A stretch of 42,217 nucleotides of DNA from a virus (lineage: Duplodnaviria > Heunggongvirae > Uroviricota > Caudoviricetes), in the IMG/VR virus record IMGVR_UViG_3300013004_000034, one strand, 5' to 3'. The position numbers and the translations under genes are program-made. A model generated the notes under the pieces. The model saw only the letters and a list, made by a program, of their open reading frames with translations, did not search any database and was not told the origin of the DNA. This document shows, one piece after another, positions 18,142 to 25,975 of the stretch; position 1 is the first letter of the stretch, and every line of letters starts with the position of its first letter.

Positions 18142-20084
18142 TGTCTGGCTACTTAAAAAAGATGCTAAAGAAAAATAAAAAGCCGGCATTGGCTGATCAG
18201 CCTAAACCAGAAAGCAAGCAAAATTCCTCGAGATCTATATTTTCTAAGAAAGGCGATGAGATCTTCAGGAATACTTTTCCTATATTGTCAATTATAGTTG
18301 ATAAGCTTGAGTCAAATGAGAAAGATGACTCGGTTGATAGAACTCGACAGAGTATTGCCAGAGAGAATTCCATCCGCAAATCGGATGCAATAGCTATTAA
18401 TTTAGCAAGTTTAACAATCGAGCAAGGAAAAATAGTAACTCTACTTAAAGAACTACTCGATGTTGTTAAAGACTTAAATTCGGGCAAAGATGCTAAGCCA
18501 ACTGGTAATAGCGGTCTAAATGGGGGATTAGGTGGGCTAGGATCTAAGTTAGCAGCTGGTGCAGCAGCGGCCACCTTAGGGGGAGCTCTTTATAATACAC
18601 AGAATAATGAAGCTAATAGAAGAGATCAACCTGCAGGATCTACTAATCCCCAGCAAGGTAATGCACCAGCAACAAATCAACCCGCAGTCACTAGAGAAAC
18701 TCAAGAAAGAACTGTTGCTAATTTTAGTCTTGCTAGATTTAGAGAAAATGATCCTGAAGGTGCAAGAGAATATGAAGCTAAGCTGCGTGATAGAAGAAAA
18801 GAACTAATTGATGAGTCAATTAGAAGAACTCCTGCATATCAATCTGGTAGTCCAGCCACAAGATCTCTTTATATGCAAGGATTTGAATCAAGTGCAGAAT
18901 CAAGAGCAATGGCTGAGTTACTACCTCAATATGCTGAGAGAATTACAGCAGCTAGAGCAGGAACTATTCAACATGTTCAGACACCTAGCGCTTCACCATT
19001 ATCAACCGCACCAGCAGTTTCACTCCCCTCAGTACCAGCCGAACAAAATACTACACAGACACCGAGAATAAGCTCAGGGACACAACCTAGAATAACCAGA
19101 CCACCGGCAGCTACTGAGCAACCGGTACCAGAAAGCGCAACTCGGATTAGATCAAATGATCGCTTTGTTGGTTATATGCCTACCGTAACATCTACAGATA
19201 GTGCTAGAGCTCAAGTTACAAGATCTAGTCAGGCTAGACCGGTCTCTACACAAGCATCTCCCTCTCCTGATGCGCCCGGGCTTAATCCTTTAGCTACTCT
19301 TGCATCAATGCCTGCACCAGCAGGAGCCGCTTCATCTACAAGATTACTTACACCAACATCAGGAAGAATAACATCACCGTTTGGCATGCGTTCTATGGGT
19401 AATCACGAAGGTATTGATTATGGGGTTCCTGTTGGTACTCCGATCGTTGCAGCACATGGTGGAACAGTTGTTGAAGTGCGCGAGTCCTCTTCATACGGAA
19501 ATATGATCCGTATCCGCGGAGATAATGGCACTGATACGTTATACGCGCATCTATCTTCATTTGGAGTACAGGAAGGTCAACAAGTCACAGCTGGTCAACA
19601 GATAGCGCTATCGGGCAATACCGGTAGATCCACAGGTCCTCATTTACACTTTGAAGCAATACGTAATGGTACCAAGATTGATCCCGCCCCACTGCTTGGT
19701 TTATCTGGATCACAATCTACACAATCTGCACAAAGCCAAACACCAGAACCTGCCCCATCATCATCTGATGCATCACCCATATCATCTACTCCTGCTACTG
19801 CGGCTGCAAGCATTGCTTCACCAGCCGAACAATCTGCCGCATCTACTCCTGCTGCTTCTGCACCTACAACCGGTGCAGCTGTGGTTAATGCATCACAAGC
19901 AAATGCAGTAGCTGAAAGAATACCTGCTCCAGCTACTGCAATATATTCTGAATCTGCACCTGCAGGCCAAGCATCCGCCGGTGCATCAGTACCAGGTACA
20001 TTTAGTAGTCCTACCGAACCTGGAAATGTAGAACCTGTAGATTCAGCGGAACGATATGCCAGACTTTTCAATATGGCAGCTTAA
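18138..20084 (+). CDS. Tape-measure-like virion protein with an M23 peptidase domain
   Basis: ITSPFGMR...HEGIDYG...YAHL...GNTGRSTGPHLHFE (HxxxD and HxH), flanked by A/S/P/T-rich linkers. Confidence 0.85.
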   Translation: MMSGYLKKMLKKNKKPALADQPKPESKQNSSRSIFSKKGDEIFRNTFPILSIIVDKLESNEKDDSVDRTRQSIARENSIRKSDAIAINLASLTIEQGKIVTLLKELLDVVKDLNSGKDAKPTGNSGLNGGLGGLGSKLAAGAAAATLGGALYNTQNNEANRRDQPAGSTNPQQGNAPATNQPAVTRETQERTVANFSLARFRENDPEGAREYEAKLRDRRKELIDESIRRTPAYQSGSPATRSLYMQGFESSAESRAMAELLPQYAERITAARAGTIQHVQTPSASPLSTAPAVSLPSVPAEQNTTQTPRISSGTQPRITRPPAATEQPVPESATRIRSNDRFVGYMPTVTSTDSARAQVTRSSQARPVSTQASPSPDAPGLNPLATLASMPAPAGAASSTRLLTPTSGRITSPFGMRSMGNHEGIDYGVPVGTPIVAAHGGTVVEVRESSSYGNMIRIRGDNGTDTLYAHLSSFGVQEGQQVTAGQQIALSGNTGRSTGPHLHFEAIRNGTKIDPAPLLGLSGSQSTQSAQSQTPEPAPSSSDASPISSTPATAAASIASPAEQSAASTPAASAPTTGAAVVNASQANAVAERIPAPATAIYSESAPAGQASAGASVPGTFSSPTEPGNVEPVDSAERYARLFNMAA

Positions 20085-20086
20085 AC

Positions 20087-20109
20087 TAAAAGAGGAGCCA
20101 AACGGCTCC
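20087..20109 (-). terminator. Rho-independent terminator between converging M23 and gp32 genes
   Basis: Minus strand reads GGAGCC-GTTT-GGCTCC-TCTTTT. Confidence 0.75.
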
Positions 20110-20128
20110 CCAATTAAGTTGTTCTTAA

Positions 20129-21061
20129 TTACTCGGCAAGTTTACGGAAGAACTCAAGGTCCTCATCGTCATCGTGAATCTCACCTCGAGAAGGTGCTGC
20201 ACGCTGAGGCTTAGGATCCTGCCATGGAGCGGTGTCCTCAGTCGGAGTAGGCTTACGAGCAGCCGCGGCCTGTCTAGCAGCAGATGGTGAAGTTCCACCA
20301 TTGCTTTCAAGACCAAGAACCTTGCTCAAGCGAGCCTTGAGTTCATCGTAGCTCTTGAAGTTCTCCGGAGCCAGGAACGGCTGCAGCAGGTGCTCAGACT
20401 TCCAAACTGCCTCAAGCTTCTTGTCATCCTCAAACAAGGGCTCAGGGCTAGCAAACTCAGACTTATCGTAGTTGCGATAGCCCTCAACAGTCCTAATCTT
20501 CAACTTGAAGTTAGCACCATCCCAGAGGTCGAAAGGATTCATCGGCTTCTCATCTGCAAACTGCGGATTCATAGCCTCATTCAGCTTGTCAAAGATCTTC
20601 TTACCAATCTTGAACAGCTTGACCTTACCGTTATTCTCCGGATTGGCCTGGTCCTGCACGATGTAGATGTTGCAGACGTAGTTAAGCTTGCGCTTCTGGG
20701 CACGAGCCTGCTTACGGCCAGGCGATTCGTCGTCGGTCGACTCATTCCAGAGCTTAGAGTTAAGCTCGCCAACAGGGTCCTGCTTGCCAACAGTAGTCAG
20801 AGAGTTCTCAATATACCACAGCCCAGTCGGGCCCTTGAAGCCGTGCTCAAACATCCGAATGAAAGGAAGTTCCTCTTCACCAGGAGCAGGAAGGAAACGG
20901 ATTACAGCGTAACCATTACCGGCCTTATCGACGGCAGGATACCAGAACCTATCGTCTGAATTCTTACCATCACCTTGAGTGTTGAGCTTTGAAAGCTCCT
21001 GCGTGAGCGATTCGAGAGAGCTCTTGCCGCTGCGGTTCTTAAGAGAAGAAAAATCTACCAT
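20129..21061 (-). CDS. gp32: Single-stranded DNA-binding protein gp32
   Basis: DDRFWYPAVDKAGNGYAVIRFLPAP...GFKGPTGLWYIENSLTT...NPFDLWDGANFKLKIR...YRNYDKSEF; acidic tail DDDEDLEFFRKLAE. Confidence 0.97.
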   Translation of the reverse strand: MVDFSSLKNRSGKSSLESLTQELSKLNTQGDGKNSDDRFWYPAVDKAGNGYAVIRFLPAPGEEELPFIRMFEHGFKGPTGLWYIENSLTTVGKQDPVGELNSKLWNESTDDESPGRKQARAQKRKLNYVCNIYIVQDQANPENNGKVKLFKIGKKIFDKLNEAMNPQFADEKPMNPFDLWDGANFKLKIRTVEGYRNYDKSEFASPEPLFEDDKKLEAVWKSEHLLQPFLAPENFKSYDELKARLSKVLGLESNGGTSPSAARQAAAARKPTPTEDTAPWQDPKPQRAAPSRGEIHDDDEDLEFFRKLAE

Positions 21062-21205
21062 GTATATCTCCGTATATTTCGTATGTTAAGGTCGTATGTA
21101 TCGTATGTTTTGTATGTATAAGATCCGGCCACCGTTGCCATGGCATTGCGCAATGCCAATAAGTTATTGGCGGAGGGTACTATCACAGCCGGTCAGTTAC
21201 CCTGA
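21062..21205 (-). promoter_or_regulatory. Putative gp32 translational operator (structured 5' part plus ACATAC-repeat unstructured part)
   Basis: Overlapping palindromes at 21136-21171 and repeated GTATGT on the plus strand at 21062-21120. Analogy to T4 gene 32 autoregulation. Confidence 0.55.
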
Positions 21206-21208
21206 TAC

Positions 21209-21238
21209 TATATATATCACTTTCTATAGAGAAGTCAA
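21209..21238 (-). promoter_or_regulatory. Sigma70-like promoter for gp32
   Basis: TTGACT, then TATATA at 16 or 18 bp spacing. Confidence 0.45.
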
Positions 21239-21241
21239 CTG

Positions 21242-21946
21242 TTAGTTCGGTAAGAAAACCACATCAAGTATGTTTAGCTGCTTGACATTTTTGTATCCTA
21301 TGCTTTTCATCTTATCTATAACTCGTGCATGATACTCTATATTCTCTTCCTCATAGTTGTTACCACACTCAAGAATGATCATGGGCTTGTGCTTCTTGAT
21401 GGTTTCCAAAGCGCCATCAATAGCCTTGATTTCGTTGCCCTCAAGATCCAACTGGATAAGTTTCAAGTCAAAATACTCTAGACTGTCAAGAGCCATAGCT
21501 GGAATAATATCTTGAGTGACACCAGAGGATGACTCATTAACTGCAACTGTCTTGTTCATGCCTCTATTGCCCGGAGCAATTTCTTGCATTACAATATTTT
21601 CTCCTCTATCAGATAGAGCAGCATTGAACTTTACTATACCAGGTAGCTGACAGTTATGAACCAAACAAAAGAAGCTTAGTGGATCGGGCTCGAAGGTAAT
21701 TACATTCTTGAAAAACTCAGTGTAGAGTAGCGGATATACACCACAATTGCCTCCAGCCTGAATTATTGTTCCTGCCCGACCTGAGCCACCAAAATTCTCT
21801 TCTAGAAAGGGTCGGATAGTTTGCAACCAATCTTGTACAATAATGCCAAAGGTGCTGTTATCTGACTTGGGCCAGATCCACTGCTCGACATTACCTATCT
21901 GATATTGCAGTGTCCCACAACTTTGCACTAACGGATTTAAGTTCAT
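21242..21946 (-). CDS. FkbM-family SAM-dependent methyltransferase
   Basis: IIQAGGNCGVYP...VITFEPDP...IQLDLEGNEIKAIDGALETIKKHKPMIILE. Confidence 0.85.
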   Translation of the reverse strand: MNLNPLVQSCGTLQYQIGNVEQWIWPKSDNSTFGIIVQDWLQTIRPFLEENFGGSGRAGTIIQAGGNCGVYPLLYTEFFKNVITFEPDPLSFFCLVHNCQLPGIVKFNAALSDRGENIVMQEIAPGNRGMNKTVAVNESSSGVTQDIIPAMALDSLEYFDLKLIQLDLEGNEIKAIDGALETIKKHKPMIILECGNNYEEENIEYHARVIDKMKSIGYKNVKQLNILDVVFLPN

Positions 21947-21949
21947 TCA

Positions 21950-22528
21950 TCATTCTCCAAAGTATTCTATGAGTACTTTCTTTATCTTTGCTCTATCATA
22001 CTTCAGAAATGGGATATACTTTGAATATCCGATTCTAGTATCCTGCCACATGATATCGTCAGCAAGATTCTTGTCCCAGTACTTAAAGCAACCAGTAACA
22101 TCCACAACAATAGTGAATGTCTCTCTAGTAATATCACCACCCAAGTACAGTTGAAGGCACTTAGGGTGATAGTTGTCCTTGACTATAAAGTTGCTATTGA
22201 ACTCAGAGTTAAAGTGACTCAAGTCGTTCCGCACCGTATTGGCCAGAGCCTGAGTCTTCTTGAGCCAATCCAAATAAGTCTGCTCACATTCCTGAGAGTA
22301 AGCTAAATCTCTTGCCCAGACTTTTGGATTAGCCACAAAGTTAGCAAGCATGAGACCGTGAGGATCTCTATGCTTAGCCAACTTCTCGAAGAACATTCGG
22401 TCTTTTCTAGTCTGGAAAGACTCTGCATTTGCTTTGGTCTTTCCATTATACTTGATGTAATCATACCATTCGGTGGTGAAGTGATTCTTGAGAGCAAGAT
22501 AGTCTACATACACCTCAAATGGTGTCAT
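21950..22528 (-). CDS. gp59: Helicase loader gp59
   Basis: MTPFEVYVDYLALKNHFTTEWYDYIKYNGK...FQTRKDRMFFEKLA. Confidence 0.93.
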   Translation of the reverse strand: MTPFEVYVDYLALKNHFTTEWYDYIKYNGKTKANAESFQTRKDRMFFEKLAKHRDPHGLMLANFVANPKVWARDLAYSQECEQTYLDWLKKTQALANTVRNDLSHFNSEFNSNFIVKDNYHPKCLQLYLGGDITRETFTIVVDVTGCFKYWDKNLADDIMWQDTRIGYSKYIPFLKYDRAKIKKVLIEYFGE

Positions 22529-22752
22529 ATAGGCAGCCTAGCAGTCTTCTTCAAGTAATTAAGACTCTCCGCATCAAGCTGAATCTCACAAAGTAGATTG
22601 GGATCCCGCTTGATAAGAGATGCCGCAAGTTCAACATCCACCATATTCACATCACACCAATGAACTACAGCATCAATGTAGTTCATGTCCTTCTCCTTGA
22701 TAAGCTTATACACATCGGAAGAGAATCGTGCAGGCTTAGAAAGACTTTCCAT
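22525..22752 (-). CDS. gp33: Late transcription co-activator gp33
   Basis: MNYIDAVVHWC...DVELAASLI...IQLDAESLNYLKKTARLPI, upstream of gp59 as in T4. Confidence 0.9.
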   Translation of the reverse strand: MESLSKPARFSSDVYKLIKEKDMNYIDAVVHWCDVNMVDVELAASLIKRDPNLLCEIQLDAESLNYLKKTARLPI

Positions 22753-22850
22753 TACTTGGCCTTATTACGCTGATCGGCGCTATAGAGGCCAGATGCATAG
22801 AGAGACTGGGTATCAACCCCCTTCTCAATCATAGAGTTCTTCATTCGCAT
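22752..22850 (-). CDS. Putative 32 aa peptide
   Basis: MRMKNSMIEKGVDTQSLYASGLYSADQRNKAK*; AAGGA upstream; stop overlaps the gp33 start (TAATG). Confidence 0.4.
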   Translation of the reverse strand: MRMKNSMIEKGVDTQSLYASGLYSADQRNKAK

Positions 22851-22865
22851 ATCTGTATTCCTTCA

Positions 22866-23531
22866 TTATGTCCAAAGTGATTCGTAGTATTTTGCAAAGA
22901 GACGGCGGCCATTCTGCATTCTCTCGCGATGCTTCTTAATACCTTCCGAGTCAGATTCGAAGGTATGATTTGGTCCTGTTACAAGTATAGGGCCCGAAGA
23001 GTCTTCACTCTTTACAAGCGACCAATCGACTTCACCACTATAATATTGCTCTTCCCATCCATCGTTGCTATGTTGCTTGAAGGTCCAGATCATTTCATCA
23101 AGCACCCATTCCCAACGCTTAAACCAATTATCGTCGGTATGGCCGCAATTCTTTTGCTCCTCGGTCAGTGCAGGAGCAGCAGTACTTCGAAGATTTTCGG
23201 GTACATCCTCGTCATCAACCGAAGGTCCGCTGACTACACTTTCCCGGAGCTTTTCAAGCATGGGCACAACAATCAGTGCAAGTGTATTGTCCATTGACCA
23301 CACATCAGTGTAGTCAATCCTAATGCTTATTTTACGTTTCTTTTTGCTATCGACCCAACGACAGAATTTAGTAAGCGCTGAATCTTTCCCTTTGCGATTC
23401 TTAGCCAACCAATCGCCAAGTCGATCAATAGCGTCGTCATCGTCATCATATTTGTCTTTCCAGAAAAGAATCTTTTCGGCAATCTGATATGGGCCAAACC
23501 AATTTACGTAGGGCCCAATGTAGACTTTCAT
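22866..23531 (-). CDS. Conserved-looking phage hypothetical protein
   Basis: MKVYIGPY...IRIDYTDVWSMDNTLALIVVPML...RWEWVLDEMIWTF...NGRRLFAKYYESLW. Start placed at Met8 of the track ORF. Confidence 0.7.
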   Translation of the reverse strand: MKVYIGPYVNWFGPYQIAEKILFWKDKYDDDDDAIDRLGDWLAKNRKGKDSALTKFCRWVDSKKKRKISIRIDYTDVWSMDNTLALIVVPMLEKLRESVVSGPSVDDEDVPENLRSTAAPALTEEQKNCGHTDDNWFKRWEWVLDEMIWTFKQHSNDGWEEQYYSGEVDWSLVKSEDSSGPILVTGPNHTFESDSEGIKKHRERMQNGRRLFAKYYESLWT

Positions 23532-23533
23532 GG

Positions 23534-23698
23534 TTACCGCTCTACACAACGAGTAGAATATTCGATAACACCCATGCTACGGAATACAGTCTCAACGGCA
23601 AGAGATTCAACCCTACAAGACTCTGCAGAGATGCTATTCAAATTCAGACGCGTCTGAGGCTGGCTAGCCAGAGCAAACACGATCATGAGAGTAAACAT
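23534..23698 (-). CDS. Small protein with a signal-peptide-like N-terminus (54 aa)
   Basis: Manual translation MFTLMIVFALASQPQTRLNLNSISAESCRVESLAVETVFRSMGVIEYSTRCVER*; fills the gap and stops 2 bp before the next ATG. Confidence 0.55.
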   Translation of the reverse strand: MFTLMIVFALASQPQTRLNLNSISAESCRVESLAVETVFRSMGVIEYSTRCVER

Positions 23699-23723
23699 TT
23701 AGATTAATCTTTCCTTATTAAAG

Positions 23724-23739
23724 AGACAGCAAACTGTCT
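23724..23739 (-). terminator. Possible terminator after pstS
   Basis: AGACAG-TTTG-CTGTCT followed by CTTTAA on the minus strand. Confidence 0.35.
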
Positions 23740-23751
23740 GTCTATTATAGA

Positions 23752-24807
23752 TTAGAAAATTGGCCAAAGAGCCCCGCCGTCAGGGCCCTTCACTCGCCGG
23801 GCCCAAGCCGCTCGAATGGCATCATGGGTTATAGCAGGCAGCGGGATGTATTCAAGCCGGGATGCTGCATCACTACCGTTCTTGAAAGCCCAGTCAAAGA
23901 AGCGCATAGCATTGCGACTGCCTGCCACCTTGTCGGCCGTTGGATTGGTCGGCAGCAGGATATAGGTGGGGGAGGTGACCGGCCATACATCCGCGCCGGC
24001 TAGATCAATCGTGTCGGCCGCAAAGTTCGGCACGTTCCAGTCTGCCGTTGCCGCCGTAGCATTAAAGGCAGAAGGCGCTGGTGTCATGAAGTTGCCGGCC
24101 TTGTTGCGGATCTGCGTCGTCGGCATGCGGTTCACGACCGCGTAGGCGTTCTCAATGTAACCGATGGTGCCGGGGCTGTTGCGGATGATGTTGGAAACAC
24201 CCTCATTGCCGCGAGCGCCGTTGCCGACCGGCCAGCGAACTGACGTACCCGCCCCTATGCCATTCTTCCACTCGGTGGAGATGCGCGACAGATAGGTCGT
24301 CCAAACCCAGGTCGTGCCCGAGCCATCGGCGCGGTAGCCAACGGAAAGCGGCAGGTTCGGGATGGTCAGGCCGCGGTTCAGCTCGACGATCCGCGGATCG
24401 CGCCAGCGGGTGATCTTGCCGAGGAAGATGTCGGCAATCACTTCCGGCGTCAGCTTCAGCGCATTGTCGGCGACGCCGGGCAGATTAGCGCTGAGCACCA
24501 CGGAGCCCATGACGGTCGGGAACTGCAGCAGGCTGCGCTCGGCCAGCTGCTCGGTCGTCAGCGGCGCGTCGGAAGCGCCGAAATCGACGGTGCGTGCGGT
24601 GATCTGGTTGATGCCGCCGCCGGAACCGATGGACTGGTAGTTCAGCTGGACCGCGCCGGCATCGCGCGCCTGGGCCGACCAGCGTTCATAAAGCGGGCGG
24701 GGGAAGGTCGCGCCAGCGCCGGTCACAGTCGGAACCTGGGCCATAGCCATAGTTGAAAATGGCATGCTGACTGCAGCTAACATCAGCGTTCGCTTAGTAA
24801 TGTTCAT
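23752..24807 (-). CDS. pstS: Phosphate ABC transporter substrate-binding protein PstS
   Basis: VTGAGATFPRPLY...NYQSIGSGGGINQI...VDFGASDAPL...RADGSGTT...GNEGV...IGYIENAYA; N-terminal signal peptide. Confidence 0.97.
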   Translation of the reverse strand: MNITKRTLMLAAVSMPFSTMAMAQVPTVTGAGATFPRPLYERWSAQARDAGAVQLNYQSIGSGGGINQITARTVDFGASDAPLTTEQLAERSLLQFPTVMGSVVLSANLPGVADNALKLTPEVIADIFLGKITRWRDPRIVELNRGLTIPNLPLSVGYRADGSGTTWVWTTYLSRISTEWKNGIGAGTSVRWPVGNGARGNEGVSNIIRNSPGTIGYIENAYAVVNRMPTTQIRNKAGNFMTPAPSAFNATAATADWNVPNFAADTIDLAGADVWPVTSPTYILLPTNPTADKVAGSRNAMRFFDWAFKNGSDAASRLEYIPLPAITHDAIRAAWARRVKGPDGGALWPIF

Positions 24808-25214
24808 AGAGTATTCTTGGCCTTTTCATTGTATGTGTTTTTGATAAGCTCAATCAGTGTCGGATCACGGTATGCAAAGTCATCTGAGATGTCAAGCTGG
24901 ATGATCTTAGGTGCACTATCAAGAATGCCGATATTTTTGATTAGATTTTGTACAATCTCGGTGTGGTTGGTTTCCATGGTGACAATCTCATCAGCCCAAT
25001 GGATATACACGCTCTCAATCGGAATAAGCCCATATTCCCGAGAGATGCCAACGGCACGCGTATTAAAGTTAAATGGGTCCTGAGATAGGACCAGTGCTGC
25101 AGTTGGAGAGCGCAGCAAGCCTGCAGAGCAAACGCAAAGGACACGCTTGTATTGTCCTTGAAAGCGATTACCAGCATTAGCGATACGATTCATAGTGCTC
25201 ATGATGTTCTCCAT
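24804..25214 (-). CDS. Low-molecular-weight phosphatase / ArsC-like fold protein
   Basis: VLCVCSAGLLRSPTAA (CX5R P-loop), WADEIVTME, LDISDDFAYRDPTL. Confidence 0.85.
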   Translation of the reverse strand: MENIMSTMNRIANAGNRFQGQYKRVLCVCSAGLLRSPTAALVLSQDPFNFNTRAVGISREYGLIPIESVYIHWADEIVTMETNHTEIVQNLIKNIGILDSAPKIIQLDISDDFAYRDPTLIELIKNTYNEKAKNTL

Positions 25215-25225
25215 AATATAAGTGG

Positions 25226-25301
25226 TGGTAGAGGGTAGAGGTTATGCTCCCCTGCCTTAACAGTTATGAGCTGCCCGTGCTAACTATTACACCAACCCTC
25301 C
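25226..25301 (-). tRNA. tRNA with CAT anticodon (elongator Met or Ile2), non-canonical D- and T-loops
   Basis: GGAGGGT/ACCCTCT acceptor stem, GGCAG-CTCATAA-CTGTT anticodon arm, encoded CCA; T-loop reads AGCATAA. Confidence 0.75.
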
Positions 25302-25307
25302 GTTGAG

Positions 25308-25580
25308 CTACAGGTCCCTGTTTGCTTCAAACGTAGTTTCTAAATCAACAAGGCACAGAGTCAATGCATGTGCCATTGCAAAGGATATGGCATACTCTGA
25401 ACCAGAGCCAAAAACAAAAAATACACCGACTACTGCTACAGTCATACCATAGATCCAGTGGAGTAGTCGAGTTACCATATCCTCGAAAGTATCGGATACA
25501 GTCAAATAATATCTTACTATCGTTAGAGCAGATTGGTATCCAATGTACCCCAAACCTACACCGAAAAGAAACGATAGCAT
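25308..25580 (-). CDS. Small membrane protein between the tRNAs
   Basis: 90 aa with three hydrophobic segments. Confidence 0.6.
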   Translation of the reverse strand: MLSFLFGVGLGYIGYQSALTIVRYYLTVSDTFEDMVTRLLHWIYGMTVAVVGVFFVFGSGSEYAISFAMAHALTLCLVDLETTFEANRDL

Positions 25581-25599
25581 GAATACCCCTGTAAAATTT

Positions 25600-25676
25600 T
25601 GGAGGCCGTGGAGGGATTCGAACCCCCATCGTAGAGTTTAGAAGACTCCTGACTTATCCAGTTAGACCACACGGCC
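25600..25676 (-). tRNA. trnR: tRNA-Arg(UCU)
   Basis: GGCCGTG/CACGGCC acceptor, GGAGT-CTTCTAA-ACTCT anticodon arm, GGGGG-TTCGAAT-CCCTC T-arm, encoded CCA. Confidence 0.92.
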
Positions 25677-25686
25677 GTATATGTTG

Positions 25687-25715
25687 ATTATATATGGAAC
25701 TTAGATATTTGTCAA
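25687..25715 (-). promoter_or_regulatory. Sigma70-type promoter for the tRNA-phosphatase-pstS unit
   Basis: TTGACA-17-TATAAT, perfect consensus. Confidence 0.85.
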
Positions 25716-25973
25716 CCTAAAAGTGCTGAACGTGACACCTGGATTAGAAGCTGGCCGATAAGCATGGGCATACCTTTCTTTCTCTCCGTGAAGAGAAGAG
25801 ACAGCCATGATGGTGCAAACTTCATGCTTACCCCACGGAGTCATGACACGCTTACGATAGCCATAGGATGGTGCAACTCCTTTGCCTGGCTGTCCGATAA
25901 GCTCCGGGAGCTTAACTTTCTGGCCATCAATGATGGTAATGTTATCATCAATATAACCGCTGCGCTTGCTCAT
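25701..25973 (-). CDS. Hypothetical protein
   Basis: 90 aa ORF starting 2 bp after the upstream stop; its 3' end overlaps the promoter. Confidence 0.55.
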   Translation of the reverse strand: MSKRSGYIDDNITIIDGQKVKLPELIGQPGKGVAPSYGYRKRVMTPWGKHEVCTIMAVSSLHGEKERYAHAYRPASNPGVTFSTFRLTNI

Positions 25974-25975
25974 AT

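Noticed and set aside
21062-21120. GTATGT repeats as a CRISPR-like mini-array
   Set aside because: Repeats are ~6 bp with irregular short spacers; better explained as an unstructured mRNA leader.
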